This document shows positions 28,787 to 37,681 of a DNA stretch of 64,000 nucleotides, piece by piece (positions within the stretch are counted from its first letter, which is position 1; each line of letters begins with the position of its first letter). The translations under genes and the position numbers were made by a program. The notes under the pieces are model-generated. The model did no database searches. It was not told the DNA's origin and saw only the letters and a list, made by a program, of their open reading frames with translations. The stretch lies in assembly GCA_048266825.1 (NCBI GenBank), contig JBLWYP010000007.1:89983-153982 (forward strand), in the 5' to 3' direction. Source of the DNA: Bacteriovoracaceae bacterium (GTDB taxonomy: Bacteria > Bdellovibrionota > Bacteriovoracia > Bacteriovoracales > Bacteriovoracaceae).

Positions 28787-29434
28787 ATGATGGGATTAGT
28801 TCAGAAAATTCATCTTCTTATTTTAGCCTGGGGTGTATGGGAGGGATATCTTGTATGGGAAAACTTCACGGTAAAGAAACAAGAAATTGAAAACCAAATC
28901 CCTATCCTAAATCAAAGAATTGCTAAGGCACAAAGAGAGAAGAAACAAATTAAGGACTATCTTCGCGATATTGATGAAGCAAAACAAAATATTGAATTAG
29001 TTGCAGCAGAAGTTGAAAACTTACAAAGAAAGCTTCCTGAAACAATCAAGGATGCAGAGAATTTAGGCCTTATTAAAAAAATTGCAGAAGGCTTAAATAT
29101 AAAAAACATTTATCTCTCACCGGGAATAGAAGAGAATAAAGGGTTTTATTTTACTAAAAGATACGAATTGTCAGCTTCAGGAACATATTTGCAAATGCTC
29201 ATATTTTTCGAAAAAGTCGGAGTTAGTGAGCGACTTCTTAATATAAAGAACGTTGAAATTTCACGATCTGAAGAAAAGCAACGAGGCCGTTTTCAAATTG
29301 TAAATGCCAAGGTCACGATTGAAGCTTACCGCTATAATCCTGCACACAAAGAAGATCGTGGTATTGATAAAATTGAGAGTAGCTTTAAAGATGATAAAAA
29401 GAAGAAAAAGAAAAGAGTGAGAAAAAGAAAATGA
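28787..29434 (+). CDS. pilO: PilO
   Basis: 215 aa with a TM and a coiled coil. Assigned by position. Unusual poly-Lys/Arg C-terminus (DDKKKKKKRVRKRK). Confidence 0.72.
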   Translation: MMGLVQKIHLLILAWGVWEGYLVWENFTVKKQEIENQIPILNQRIAKAQREKKQIKDYLRDIDEAKQNIELVAAEVENLQRKLPETIKDAENLGLIKKIAEGLNIKNIYLSPGIEENKGFYFTKRYELSASGTYLQMLIFFEKVGVSERLLNIKNVEISRSEEKQRGRFQIVNAKVTIEAYRYNPAHKEDRGIDKIESSFKDDKKKKKKRVRKRK

Positions 29435-29985
29435 AATTAATTTCAATTCTTACATTTAGTATATTCTTGATACTCTGTTCTACAGTTTTTGGACAAGAGT
29501 TGGACAAAAGTGAACTCAAAGAGAAGATGAAGCAGAGAATGTCGAAGATTCCTGTTTTCAATGAAAAAGAAACTTCAATTAAAAATCCCTTTGACTTAAG
29601 AGATCCCTTTAAAAGAAAAATGTTTCGCTCTGGAGAAAAGAGTAAGAACTTTGGTGGCTTCCTAAAAGATGGTAAGTATTCTAACCTTCCTACTATAAAT
29701 GACTATCCACTTGGACGAATTAGAGTTGTAGGAGTTCTTTTGGGCAAAGAAAGAAGGGCAATCGCTAAGATTTCGAGTGATAGCAAAGGCGGTAACCTCA
29801 GTGATGAGTCTTATATCATTAAAGAAGGGATGACTCTTGGCGAAAATAATGCTGAAGTTAAAGCCATTGTGCCTGGCGGCATTGTGTTAGTTGAAAAAAT
29901 TAGAAACGTTTATGATCAAGACGAATACATTGAAACAATCATTCCTGTTTCGTCTCCAAATATTGAGAGTAGTCGTAACTTATAA
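29431..29985 (+). CDS. pilP: PilP-like periplasmic protein
   Basis: 184 aa with a signal peptide containing Cys (FLILCSTVFG). ATGA overlap with pilO. Assignment mainly by position. Confidence 0.62.
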   Translation: MKLISILTFSIFLILCSTVFGQELDKSELKEKMKQRMSKIPVFNEKETSIKNPFDLRDPFKRKMFRSGEKSKNFGGFLKDGKYSNLPTINDYPLGRIRVVGVLLGKERRAIAKISSDSKGGNLSDESYIIKEGMTLGENNAEVKAIVPGGIVLVEKIRNVYDQDEYIETIIPVSSPNIESSRNL

Positions 29986-30068
29986 AAATCCTCTTAAAAG
30001 TTCGCAATATTTCTGCAAAATGTTATAATAACTACAAGATATGTCCTTATACTTATGGAAGAGTAGTT

Positions 30069-31973
30069 ATGAAAAAAGGAATTTTTCAAGTACTAATGTG
30101 GGCTTTGTGCTTAAGCGTGTCCACACAAAATACATTTTCTCAATCCGAAGACTTCGGTTCAATAGAACTTTTACCAGATCAAGAAGTTGCTCCAAAAGAA
30201 GTATCTGCAAATATTTCTGCGATTAACTTTCAGCAGGCCGGAGAAGTTTCTGAAATTGAAATTGTTTTTGACAGTAACGATGTCATAGCAAAAAAATTCA
30301 ATGTCTTAGAAGATAAGCAAATCATTTTAGATATTAAAAATGCCAAGGCCACGCAACGAGTTATGCGTGCTTTTGATACTTCAGAGTTTTCAGGTTCAGT
30401 AGTGTTTGTATCTACATATAAGAAACCAGGTTCAACGGATGATATAAGATTAGCTATTCAGTTAAGAGATAACGTTAGATCGGTTTTAAAAAGAAAAGCT
30501 AACAGAATTGTTCTCGAAGTTGAAAATAGATTTGGTGTATTCGATCAAAATGACATGAGCGCAGCCAAGAGTTATGAAGAGAAGGTCGCAGATGATGTAT
30601 CTTCTGTGGGAAAATTTCTTGTTCCTAAATCGAACTCTATTGAAGACATATTAGAAAACTTAACGATGTCTGGAAGAAAGAAGTACATTGGCGATAAGAT
30701 TTCTATTAACGTAAAGAATACATCGGTAGAAGATCTATTAAGAATGGTCGCTGAGGCTTCAGGCTTTAATATCATTATTACAGATGAAATTAAAAAATTA
30801 GCACCACTGTCTTTGAATTTAACAAATGTTCCTTGGGATCAAGCGCTTGATACTTTGCTTGGTCTTAACAAGTTAGTCGCAAGAAAAAATGGAATCATTT
30901 TAATGGTTCAAACATTAGAAACGGCCACTAAAGACAGACAAGCAGAAGCAGAAGCAAAACTTTTAACTTTAAAACAAGAGCCTCTCGTAACAAAAGTATT
31001 TCCCATTAGTTATGCTGAGACAAAAGAGCTCATTAAAATCATTACTGAGTATTTAACTCCAGAGCGTGGAAAAATTAATGAAGACATTAGAACAAACTCA
31101 TTAATTGTTAAAGATACTCCTGATGTTATTGAGAAAGTTAGAAAGATGATTGATGTACTAGACCTTCAAACTCCTCAGGTTCTTATTGAATCTAGAATTG
31201 TGGAAGTTTCTGAAAGCTATTCCAAGTCTCTTGGTCTAGAAAATGGATTCGGATTTGGATATGACCCCATTGGTTCTCAATCAGGTATTGCATCAAGTTT
31301 GGGACAGGCTGTGACAGATGGTACGGCCAATAGTGGTCCTGGTTTTTCTTTTAACTCTTCAGGTGGTCAAATTGCAGGTACAGAAAACTTAGGTGTCATG
31401 CAACTAAGTGTCGGCCAGTTCGGACGTATCTTTGACTTAGACTTTAGACTTCAACTTTTAGAAACGGAGTCTAAGGGGAAGGTAATATCGACACCTAAAG
31501 TGGTTACTCAGAACAAGCAAAAAGCAACGCTTAAATCGACAAGAACAGAAGCTTACCTTGTTATTTCAGGAGCAGGTGATACAGCAACAACTGGTGCGGA
31601 AACAGCTGAAGCTGTCCTTGAGTTAGAAGTTACACCGCAAATAACAAATGAAGGGTCTATATCTCTGGCTATTTCTGTGAAAAAAGAAGACTTCTTAGAA
31701 AGAGAGAGTACGCAACTTCCACCAAACAAAACTGGAAATGAGATTCAGACAAACGTTCTTGTTGATAACGGAGCAACTATCGTAATTGGTGGTGTGTACG
31801 AATATAATAAAAGCGAAACGATTTCAGGTGTTCCTTATTTAAAAGATATTCCTCTACTTGGTTGGTTGTTTAGAAATCAATATCAACCTCAAACATCTAA
31901 AAGAGAAGTGATTATATTTATAACTCCAAGAATCATTAACCAGGAAGAAGCTGGCATCGTGGAGAGGAGTTAA
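30069..31973 (+). CDS. pilQ: Type IV pilus secretin PilQ
   Basis: 634 aa. Signal peptide, N-terminal AMIN-like domain (ISAINFQQAGEVSEIEIVF...ILDIKNA), and a secretin C-domain (GVPYLKDIPLLGWLFR...VIIFITPRII). Confidence 0.92.
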   Translation: MKKGIFQVLMWALCLSVSTQNTFSQSEDFGSIELLPDQEVAPKEVSANISAINFQQAGEVSEIEIVFDSNDVIAKKFNVLEDKQIILDIKNAKATQRVMRAFDTSEFSGSVVFVSTYKKPGSTDDIRLAIQLRDNVRSVLKRKANRIVLEVENRFGVFDQNDMSAAKSYEEKVADDVSSVGKFLVPKSNSIEDILENLTMSGRKKYIGDKISINVKNTSVEDLLRMVAEASGFNIIITDEIKKLAPLSLNLTNVPWDQALDTLLGLNKLVARKNGIILMVQTLETATKDRQAEAEAKLLTLKQEPLVTKVFPISYAETKELIKIITEYLTPERGKINEDIRTNSLIVKDTPDVIEKVRKMIDVLDLQTPQVLIESRIVEVSESYSKSLGLENGFGFGYDPIGSQSGIASSLGQAVTDGTANSGPGFSFNSSGGQIAGTENLGVMQLSVGQFGRIFDLDFRLQLLETESKGKVISTPKVVTQNKQKATLKSTRTEAYLVISGAGDTATTGAETAEAVLELEVTPQITNEGSISLAISVKKEDFLERESTQLPPNKTGNEIQTNVLVDNGATIVIGGVYEYNKSETISGVPYLKDIPLLGWLFRNQYQPQTSKREVIIFITPRIINQEEAGIVERS

Positions 31974-31976
31974 GAC

Positions 31977-33116
31977 TTGAGTGAAGGTAGCCTAAGTCCC
32001 ATTATTGTAAAATATGAAAAGCTTTTGGAAGATGACCCAAGATCAAGATCATTTGCTCCTTTGGCCGAAGCGTATAGACAAGTAGGCTTGATCGATAAGG
32101 CCTTCGATGTATTAAAAAAAGGATTAAGATATAATCCAGATTACTTGCTTGGATATTTAACTCTGGCCCTGTGCTACTTTGATAAGAAAGAATATGGTCT
32201 GGCCTATACAACATTAAAGCCTCTAATTTCTCAAAATAGAGATAATCTAAAGTTACAGAAAGTCTTTGCAGAATGTGCAAAGAAAACAAATAACTTAGAA
32301 GAGGCCCTCGATAGCTATAAGTATCTTTTATTTTTAAATCCAAAAGATCGAGATATTGCCAATCATGTTTCTTTATTGGAAGAAGAGCTCCATGAGGAAG
32401 CGGTCTACTCCAGACAAGAGGCAGCAACTTTTAATGTCGATCAGCTTGAAGTTAATCCAGCTGATGATAAAGAAATTGATAACTGGGTACAGGTTGATTT
32501 AGCAAATAAGCAGCTGGAAAGTGAAGACGAAGAAGTTGATGATTGGTCTGTCGGAAAACCTGAAGAAGATCACGATCTACAATTTGATCGAGAGGAAAAC
32601 ATAGATAATCAAGATGAGATTATCTATGATCAGGAACACGAGTTCTCCCAAGAGATATCAGAAATAACTCCGTTAGAGCAAAATGAGGATGATAATCTCA
32701 TCGCTTTTGAAAGAAAGCCTATTGAGGAACTGGAAAAAGAAATTACACCAGTTATAACGCATACTCTGGTCGATATTTATTTAAAGCAAGGGCATTACCA
32801 AAAAGCGAAAGAGATTTTAGAACAAATCTTGGAGGTTGGGCCAAAGTCAGAAGATGCTTTAAAGAAAATGTCTGAAATAGAGGTTCTCTTACAAAATAGT
32901 AACGAAGCAGATGAAGCTCCAGAGAGTAATCAAGATGAAGGTCGTGATGATTTAATGGCCGCATTTGATAAAAGCTTTGGTGAGGCCGATGAGGAAGCAA
33001 ATGCTGCGCCGAGTGATGATGATAACTCTTTCGAAGATGCTCTTGATGATCTTGATCTCATTCTCTCCGACTATCTATCTGAAATTAAACAAAAACAACA
33101 AAACTTTCGAGACTAG
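31977..33116 (+). CDS. Cytoplasmic TPR protein with a long acidic linker
   Basis: 379 aa. TTG start 3 nt after the pilQ stop, with RBS GGAGAGGAG at 31961-31969. N- and C-terminal TPR-like repeats flank a D/E-rich region of about 150 aa. No signal peptide. Confidence 0.6.
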   Translation: MSEGSLSPIIVKYEKLLEDDPRSRSFAPLAEAYRQVGLIDKAFDVLKKGLRYNPDYLLGYLTLALCYFDKKEYGLAYTTLKPLISQNRDNLKLQKVFAECAKKTNNLEEALDSYKYLLFLNPKDRDIANHVSLLEEELHEEAVYSRQEAATFNVDQLEVNPADDKEIDNWVQVDLANKQLESEDEEVDDWSVGKPEEDHDLQFDREENIDNQDEIIYDQEHEFSQEISEITPLEQNEDDNLIAFERKPIEELEKEITPVITHTLVDIYLKQGHYQKAKEILEQILEVGPKSEDALKKMSEIEVLLQNSNEADEAPESNQDEGRDDLMAAFDKSFGEADEEANAAPSDDDNSFEDALDDLDLILSDYLSEIKQKQQNFRD

Positions 33117-33249
33117 ATGAGCCAATTTAAAACACGTCTGTTCTGGTCAAGCGTTCCTTTACAATTCTAGAAAAACCTTGATACCGTCATGCACTATACT
33201 TAGATTTTAGGCTGTTATTCCTCATTGAGGATGAACTTAGTTGGTTTGT

Positions 33250-33684
33250 ATGAAGGTATTAGTTTTAGGTGGACCCAACCTCAACTTATTAGGTCAAAGA
33301 GAACCTGAGGTTTATGGATCAGACACACTTAAAGACATTGAAAATTTTGTAAATAGCTCATTTTCAGATGAAGTTGTTGATTCTGTTTGGAAGCAGTCCA
33401 ATCAGGAGTCAGAACTTATTGAGTGGGTTCAACAGTCACAAGCGAATGGATTCGACGCCATTGTAATTAATCCAGCAGGTCTAACTCATACAAGTGTTTC
33501 ACTACATGATGCTTTGAAATTTTTTGAAGGTATTAAAGTCGAAGTACATCTCTCCAATACATATAAGCGTGAAGAGTTTCGTAAAGTAAAAATTACTTCA
33601 TCAGCAAGTGATGGTGTTATTGAGGGACTTGGTAAATACGGATACAAATTAGCTTTTCAATATATATTAGATAAAAGGAAATAG
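33250..33684 (+). CDS. aroQ: Type II 3-dehydroquinate dehydratase
   Basis: MKVLVLGGPNLNLLGQREPEVYG, INPAGLTHTS, and HLSNTYKREEFR motifs. Confidence 0.92.
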   Translation: MKVLVLGGPNLNLLGQREPEVYGSDTLKDIENFVNSSFSDEVVDSVWKQSNQESELIEWVQQSQANGFDAIVINPAGLTHTSVSLHDALKFFEGIKVEVHLSNTYKREEFRKVKITSSASDGVIEGLGKYGYKLAFQYILDKRK

Positions 33685-33692
33685 GAGCATAA

Positions 33693-34265
33693 ATGGATAT
33701 TCAGACAACAGACCTTAAAAAAGGTTTAAAAGTAGAGGTTGATGGAAAACCCTACAATATTGTTAAATGTGATTTTACTAATCCTGGAAAAGGATCCGCA
33801 TTTTATAAAGTGAAATTAAAAAACTTAGAAGATGGCTCCGTAATCGAAAGAACTTATAAGTCAGGAGTTTCTACCGGTATCGTTCAACCAGACCTTGATG
33901 AGTTAGAAGTTGAATATATGTATGGCGATCCAGATGGTTTTAACTTTATGGATCAAAAAACATTTGAAACCATTCATGTCGCGACTGATTATGTTGGAGA
34001 TATGAGATTTTATCTTCAAGAAGGAATTAAACTATCTCTTCTTTTTTACAAAGGTAGACCAATCTCTATTGAACCACCAACATTCGTAGAACTGAAAGTG
34101 GTAGAGACCGACCCTGGATTAAAAGGGGATACAGCTCAAGGTGGAACTAAGAAGGCCATTATGGATACTGGTCTTCAGGTAAATGTTCCTCTTTTTATTA
34201 AACTAGATGAAGTTCTTAGAATTGATACGAGAACTGGAGAATATGTGGAAAGGGTTAATTCTTAA
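33693..34265 (+). CDS. efp: Elongation factor P
   Basis: 190 aa. Modification loop NPGKGSAFYKVKLKNL (Lys type) with full-length EF-P-like sequence. Confidence 0.95.
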   Translation: MDIQTTDLKKGLKVEVDGKPYNIVKCDFTNPGKGSAFYKVKLKNLEDGSVIERTYKSGVSTGIVQPDLDELEVEYMYGDPDGFNFMDQKTFETIHVATDYVGDMRFYLQEGIKLSLLFYKGRPISIEPPTFVELKVVETDPGLKGDTAQGGTKKAIMDTGLQVNVPLFIKLDEVLRIDTRTGEYVERVNS

Positions 34266-34286
34266 CCTAAACCCAATGAGGTAATT

Positions 34287-34742
34287 ATGAAATTAGATCA
34301 CGTAAAAGAATTTGTTGAAATTGCTAAAAAATCAGGTGCTGCAGAACTAAAGTATGAAAGTGGTGATGCAAAAATCTCTGTAAAGTTTGTATCTGATCAG
34401 CCAGTTGTTATGCACTCTGCTCCAGCACAAATGATGTCTCCAAGTATGGGCGCAGCTCCACAGAGCGCTGCTCCTGCAGCTGCAAGCTCATCAAAGAATG
34501 ATGGACTTGTTGAAATAACTTCTCCCTTTGTAGGAACATTCTATAGATCTTCTTCTCCAGATACTGATGCTTACGTAAAGAAAGGCGATTCTGTAAATAA
34601 GGGTCAACCACTATGTATTGTTGAAGCGATGAAAATTATGAACGAAATTGAAAGTGAAGCCACTGGAGAAATCGTTGAGATTTGTGTTGAGAATGAGACG
34701 TATGTCGAATTTGGACAGGTTTTATTTAGAGTAAAACCATAA
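34287..34742 (+). CDS. accB: Biotin carboxyl carrier protein of acetyl-CoA carboxylase
   Basis: 151 aa. Ala/Pro-rich linker and biotinyl-lysine motif [13 protein letters not shown]. Confidence 0.93.
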   Translation: MKLDHVKEFVEIAKKSGAAELKYESGDAKISVKFVSDQPVVMHSAPAQMMSPSMGAAPQSAAPAAASSSKNDGLVEITSPFVGTFYRSSSPDTDAYVKKGDSVNKGQPLCIVEAMKIMNEIESEATGEIVEICVENETYVEFGQVLFRVKP

Positions 34743-34754
34743 CGAGGTTTCATC

Positions 34755-36098
34755 ATGGAATTTAAGAAAATATTAATTGCTAATCGTGGTGAAATCGCGA
34801 TTCGTATTATTAGAACATGTAGAGAGTTAGGAATTCAAACGGTTTGTGTTCACTCAACTGCTGATGAGCATTCTCTTCATGTGAAGTTAGCTGATGAATC
34901 AGTTTGTATTGGTCCTGCTAAATCTTCGTTGAGTTACTTAAATATACCTTCAATACTTTCAGCTGCTGAAATTACAGGAGCCGATGCTATTCATCCTGGC
35001 TTTGGTTTTCTAAGTGAAAATAAAGAATTTGCTGAGCTTTGCGCTAAATGGAAAGTTACTTTCATTGGTCCAAAAGTAGAATGTATTGAAAAAATGGGTG
35101 ATAAAATATTTTCAAAAGCTTTAGCCGAAGAAGCAGGGTTACCTGTTTTAAAGCCGATTAAAGTCAATGAGCTATCTGAATCAGAAATTAAAGCCCAAGT
35201 AAATGAAATGAAATACCCTGTTCTAATCAAGGCCTCTGCTGGTGGCGGTGGTAGAGGGATGAAGAGAATTGATCGTGATGAAGATCTCATGACAAATATT
35301 CAACGCCTAAAAGCAGAAGCAAAAGCTGGTTTTGGTGATGATACTCTCTTTATTGAAAAATATATTACTAACCCAAGACACGTTGAAGTTCAGATTCTTG
35401 CTGACCAGCATGGAAACGTTATTCACTTAGGTGAAAGAGACTGTACGGTTCAAAGAAGATTTCAAAAAGTTGTTGAAGAGAGTCCTTGTCCTGTTTTAAC
35501 TGAAGAGAAGAGACAGGAGATTTGTCAATCAGCAGTAAAACTTGCCGAGTATGTTGGTTATGATTCAGTAGGGACTGTTGAATATCTCTATGATCAAGAT
35601 GAAAAGAAATTCTATTTCATGGAAATGAATACTCGTATTCAAGTTGAACATCCAGTTACAGAAGAAAGAACAGGTGTAGATCTTATTGGCGAACAAATTA
35701 TGTCGGCCATGGGTAAGAAGCTTGCTTTCAAACAAAAAGACATCACATTTTCTGGGCACTCTATTGAATGTCGTATAAATGCTGAAGATCCCGTAACAAA
35801 TATGCCTTCACCAGGTAAAGTTGTACATTATCACCGACCTGCGGGCTTGGGTGTTCGAGTGGATGACTTCATCTATTCTGGGTACAAAGTAACTCCTTTT
35901 TATGACTCAATGATTGCAAAAGTAATCGTTCATGCAAACGATCGTGATACTTGTATTAAGAGAATGATTCGTGCTTTGGACGAAGCCGTCATTGAAGGAA
36001 TTCGTACGAATAGAGAACTACATCTACGTATTCTTCAAGATGAAGACTTTAGAGGCAATAATTACTCAACCAATTTTTTAACAGAGAAAATGCAGTAA
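34755..36098 (+). CDS. accC: Biotin carboxylase
   Basis: 447 aa. KILIANRGEIAIRIIRTC, KASAGGGGRGM, MNTRIQVEHPVTE. Confidence 0.96.
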   Translation: MEFKKILIANRGEIAIRIIRTCRELGIQTVCVHSTADEHSLHVKLADESVCIGPAKSSLSYLNIPSILSAAEITGADAIHPGFGFLSENKEFAELCAKWKVTFIGPKVECIEKMGDKIFSKALAEEAGLPVLKPIKVNELSESEIKAQVNEMKYPVLIKASAGGGGRGMKRIDRDEDLMTNIQRLKAEAKAGFGDDTLFIEKYITNPRHVEVQILADQHGNVIHLGERDCTVQRRFQKVVEESPCPVLTEEKRQEICQSAVKLAEYVGYDSVGTVEYLYDQDEKKFYFMEMNTRIQVEHPVTEERTGVDLIGEQIMSAMGKKLAFKQKDITFSGHSIECRINAEDPVTNMPSPGKVVHYHRPAGLGVRVDDFIYSGYKVTPFYDSMIAKVIVHANDRDTCIKRMIRALDEAVIEGIRTNRELHLRILQDEDFRGNNYSTNFLTEKMQ

Positions 36099-36139
36099 AA
36101 TTAAGGAGTTAACTATAACTCTTTAATGGGTTTCCAAGG

Positions 36140-37681
36140 ATGGAGACATTGAGTATTTTTGAAGAAGCAAAAATTGTTTTAAAGAAAAATAACTATCTTG
36201 AAGCAGCAAGGTTATTTGAAGAGGCCATCATTTCTGATGGCCTATCTCTAGCTGATCAAATATTTGCCTGGGAAAAAATCAGGCAAATCTATCAAAATCT
36301 TAATAAAAATTTCTCTCTACAATCTCAGCTTAAAATGGCCGCAACTTACAAAGATGCTAAGGAAAGTAGTAAAGGAAAAGTTCTACTCTACGAACTCTTT
36401 GAACAAACTCGTGAAGCTTACTTTTTAAAAGAGGCGTACGACTGCTGTATAGAAAGTGGAAATATAAAAGAAAGTAGAGTAATCGCGAATAAATATTTAA
36501 AAATTCTTATTAATGAAAAAAGACCCAATGACATTTATTCATTTCTTAAGACGAATGAAGAACGTTTGAACCAGTCAGAGTTGATGCTTTGGAGAATAGA
36601 AGCACATTTAATGGAAGGCAATCGAGAAGAAGTAGTAAGAGAATATAAAGCTTTAGATGAAAATGATCATAGAGGTATATTTATTCTTCAAGAGCTTATA
36701 CGTTATGCTGAAAGGAAGACTCATTTTTGGCAGTCTCATAAAGAGTTATTAGATATTTTGCTGACGAAGATGAGTACAGATGGAGCGATTTTAATACTTA
36801 GTAAAAAACAAACAGCTAAATTGATACTCAATATTTGGATGGAGAAGGTAATTGATCAAGAGCTTCTCTTGAAGACAATGAAGGTATGTGATCGGTATCA
36901 ATTAAATTTCATTGGTCGTGCTATCGCGAGCTACCTTGAAGACTATAAACTTGCCGATACTTTTGAAAAGAGGATTCCACAGGACTTACTCTTAGAAGAT
37001 ATCGATTTAGCACGAGACCTCTTTGATAGTGACGAAACATCAGATGAAGTTATATTGGTCAGAAATATTGATTTCCTCAAAACGATGGGACGTAATGAGG
37101 AAGTTGAGAGAGAGCTAGAGAAATTAAAAAAAATTAATCCTGAACATCCTTATGTAAGTAATAATAAGGGCAATGTTGAAAGCAGGAACCCTGAAGAAAT
37201 TTTTAAGAATCTCTTAGCAGAAGTATCAACCTATTCAAAAAATAATAAAGAAAAGATTGAGATAGATGCCTATAGGTCGATGGCCAACTATTATGATAAA
37301 GAGTATGTGCAGAATAATTATGAAGATATGATTATTGGTTTAAATCTACTTAATCTACCTGCTGTTGCTCTTCAGCTATCAGAGATGGTCGATAGTGAAG
37401 CTTTGAATGAAGAAGATAATATTAACTTAGAATATCTAAAGCTAGAAACCTTAATGATTCTAGAAGAATATTTTAAAGTCCGGGATATTGTTGAAGATAT
37501 GCTGGGTAAGTATCCCGTAAAAGGGGATGAGTTATATTCACTATTGTATCTACGAGCAGAAGCATACTTAAATTTAGGCCAATATGAGAATGCGTATAAT
37601 TCGTTTAATGAAATTAAAGCATTGAAAAGCTCATATAGGTTAGTAAATCAAAGGTTAAAAGAACTTGAAAAGTACAAATAA
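36140..37681 (+). CDS. Cytoplasmic TPR-like/helical-repeat protein, unknown function
   Basis: 513 aa, no signal peptide, TPR-like repeats (NNYLEAARLFEEAI..., AYLNLGQYENAYNSFNEI). Its 3' end overlaps the tamB-like start by 17 nt. Confidence 0.55.
   Translation: METLSIFEEAKIVLKKNNYLEAARLFEEAIISDGLSLADQIFAWEKIRQIYQNLNKNFSLQSQLKMAATYKDAKESSKGKVLLYELFEQTREAYFLKEAYDCCIESGNIKESRVIANKYLKILINEKRPNDIYSFLKTNEERLNQSELMLWRIEAHLMEGNREEVVREYKALDENDHRGIFILQELIRYAERKTHFWQSHKELLDILLTKMSTDGAILILSKKQTAKLILNIWMEKVIDQELLLKTMKVCDRYQLNFIGRAIASYLEDYKLADTFEKRIPQDLLLEDIDLARDLFDSDETSDEVILVRNIDFLKTMGRNEEVERELEKLKKINPEHPYVSNNKGNVESRNPEEIFKNLLAEVSTYSKNNKEKIEIDAYRSMANYYDKEYVQNNYEDMIIGLNLLNLPAVALQLSEMVDSEALNEEDNINLEYLKLETLMILEEYFKVRDIVEDMLGKYPVKGDELYSLLYLRAEAYLNLGQYENAYNSFNEIKALKSSYRLVNQRLKELEKYK

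Noticed and set aside
30041-30226. 61-aa ORF overlapping the pilQ start in another frame.
   Set aside because: The PilQ frame has a signal peptide and continues into AMIN and secretin domains. The alternative frame is short and basic with no support.
32002-33000. Antisense ORFs (141 aa and 82 aa) inside the TPR/acidic protein gene.
   Set aside because: These are shadow frames of a D/E-rich coding region. The sense ORF is coupled to pilQ with a strong RBS.
36101-36126. 10-bp stem (one G-U pair) after accC as a terminator.
   Set aside because: No U-tract follows, so at best it is a processing or stability element. Not called as a terminator.
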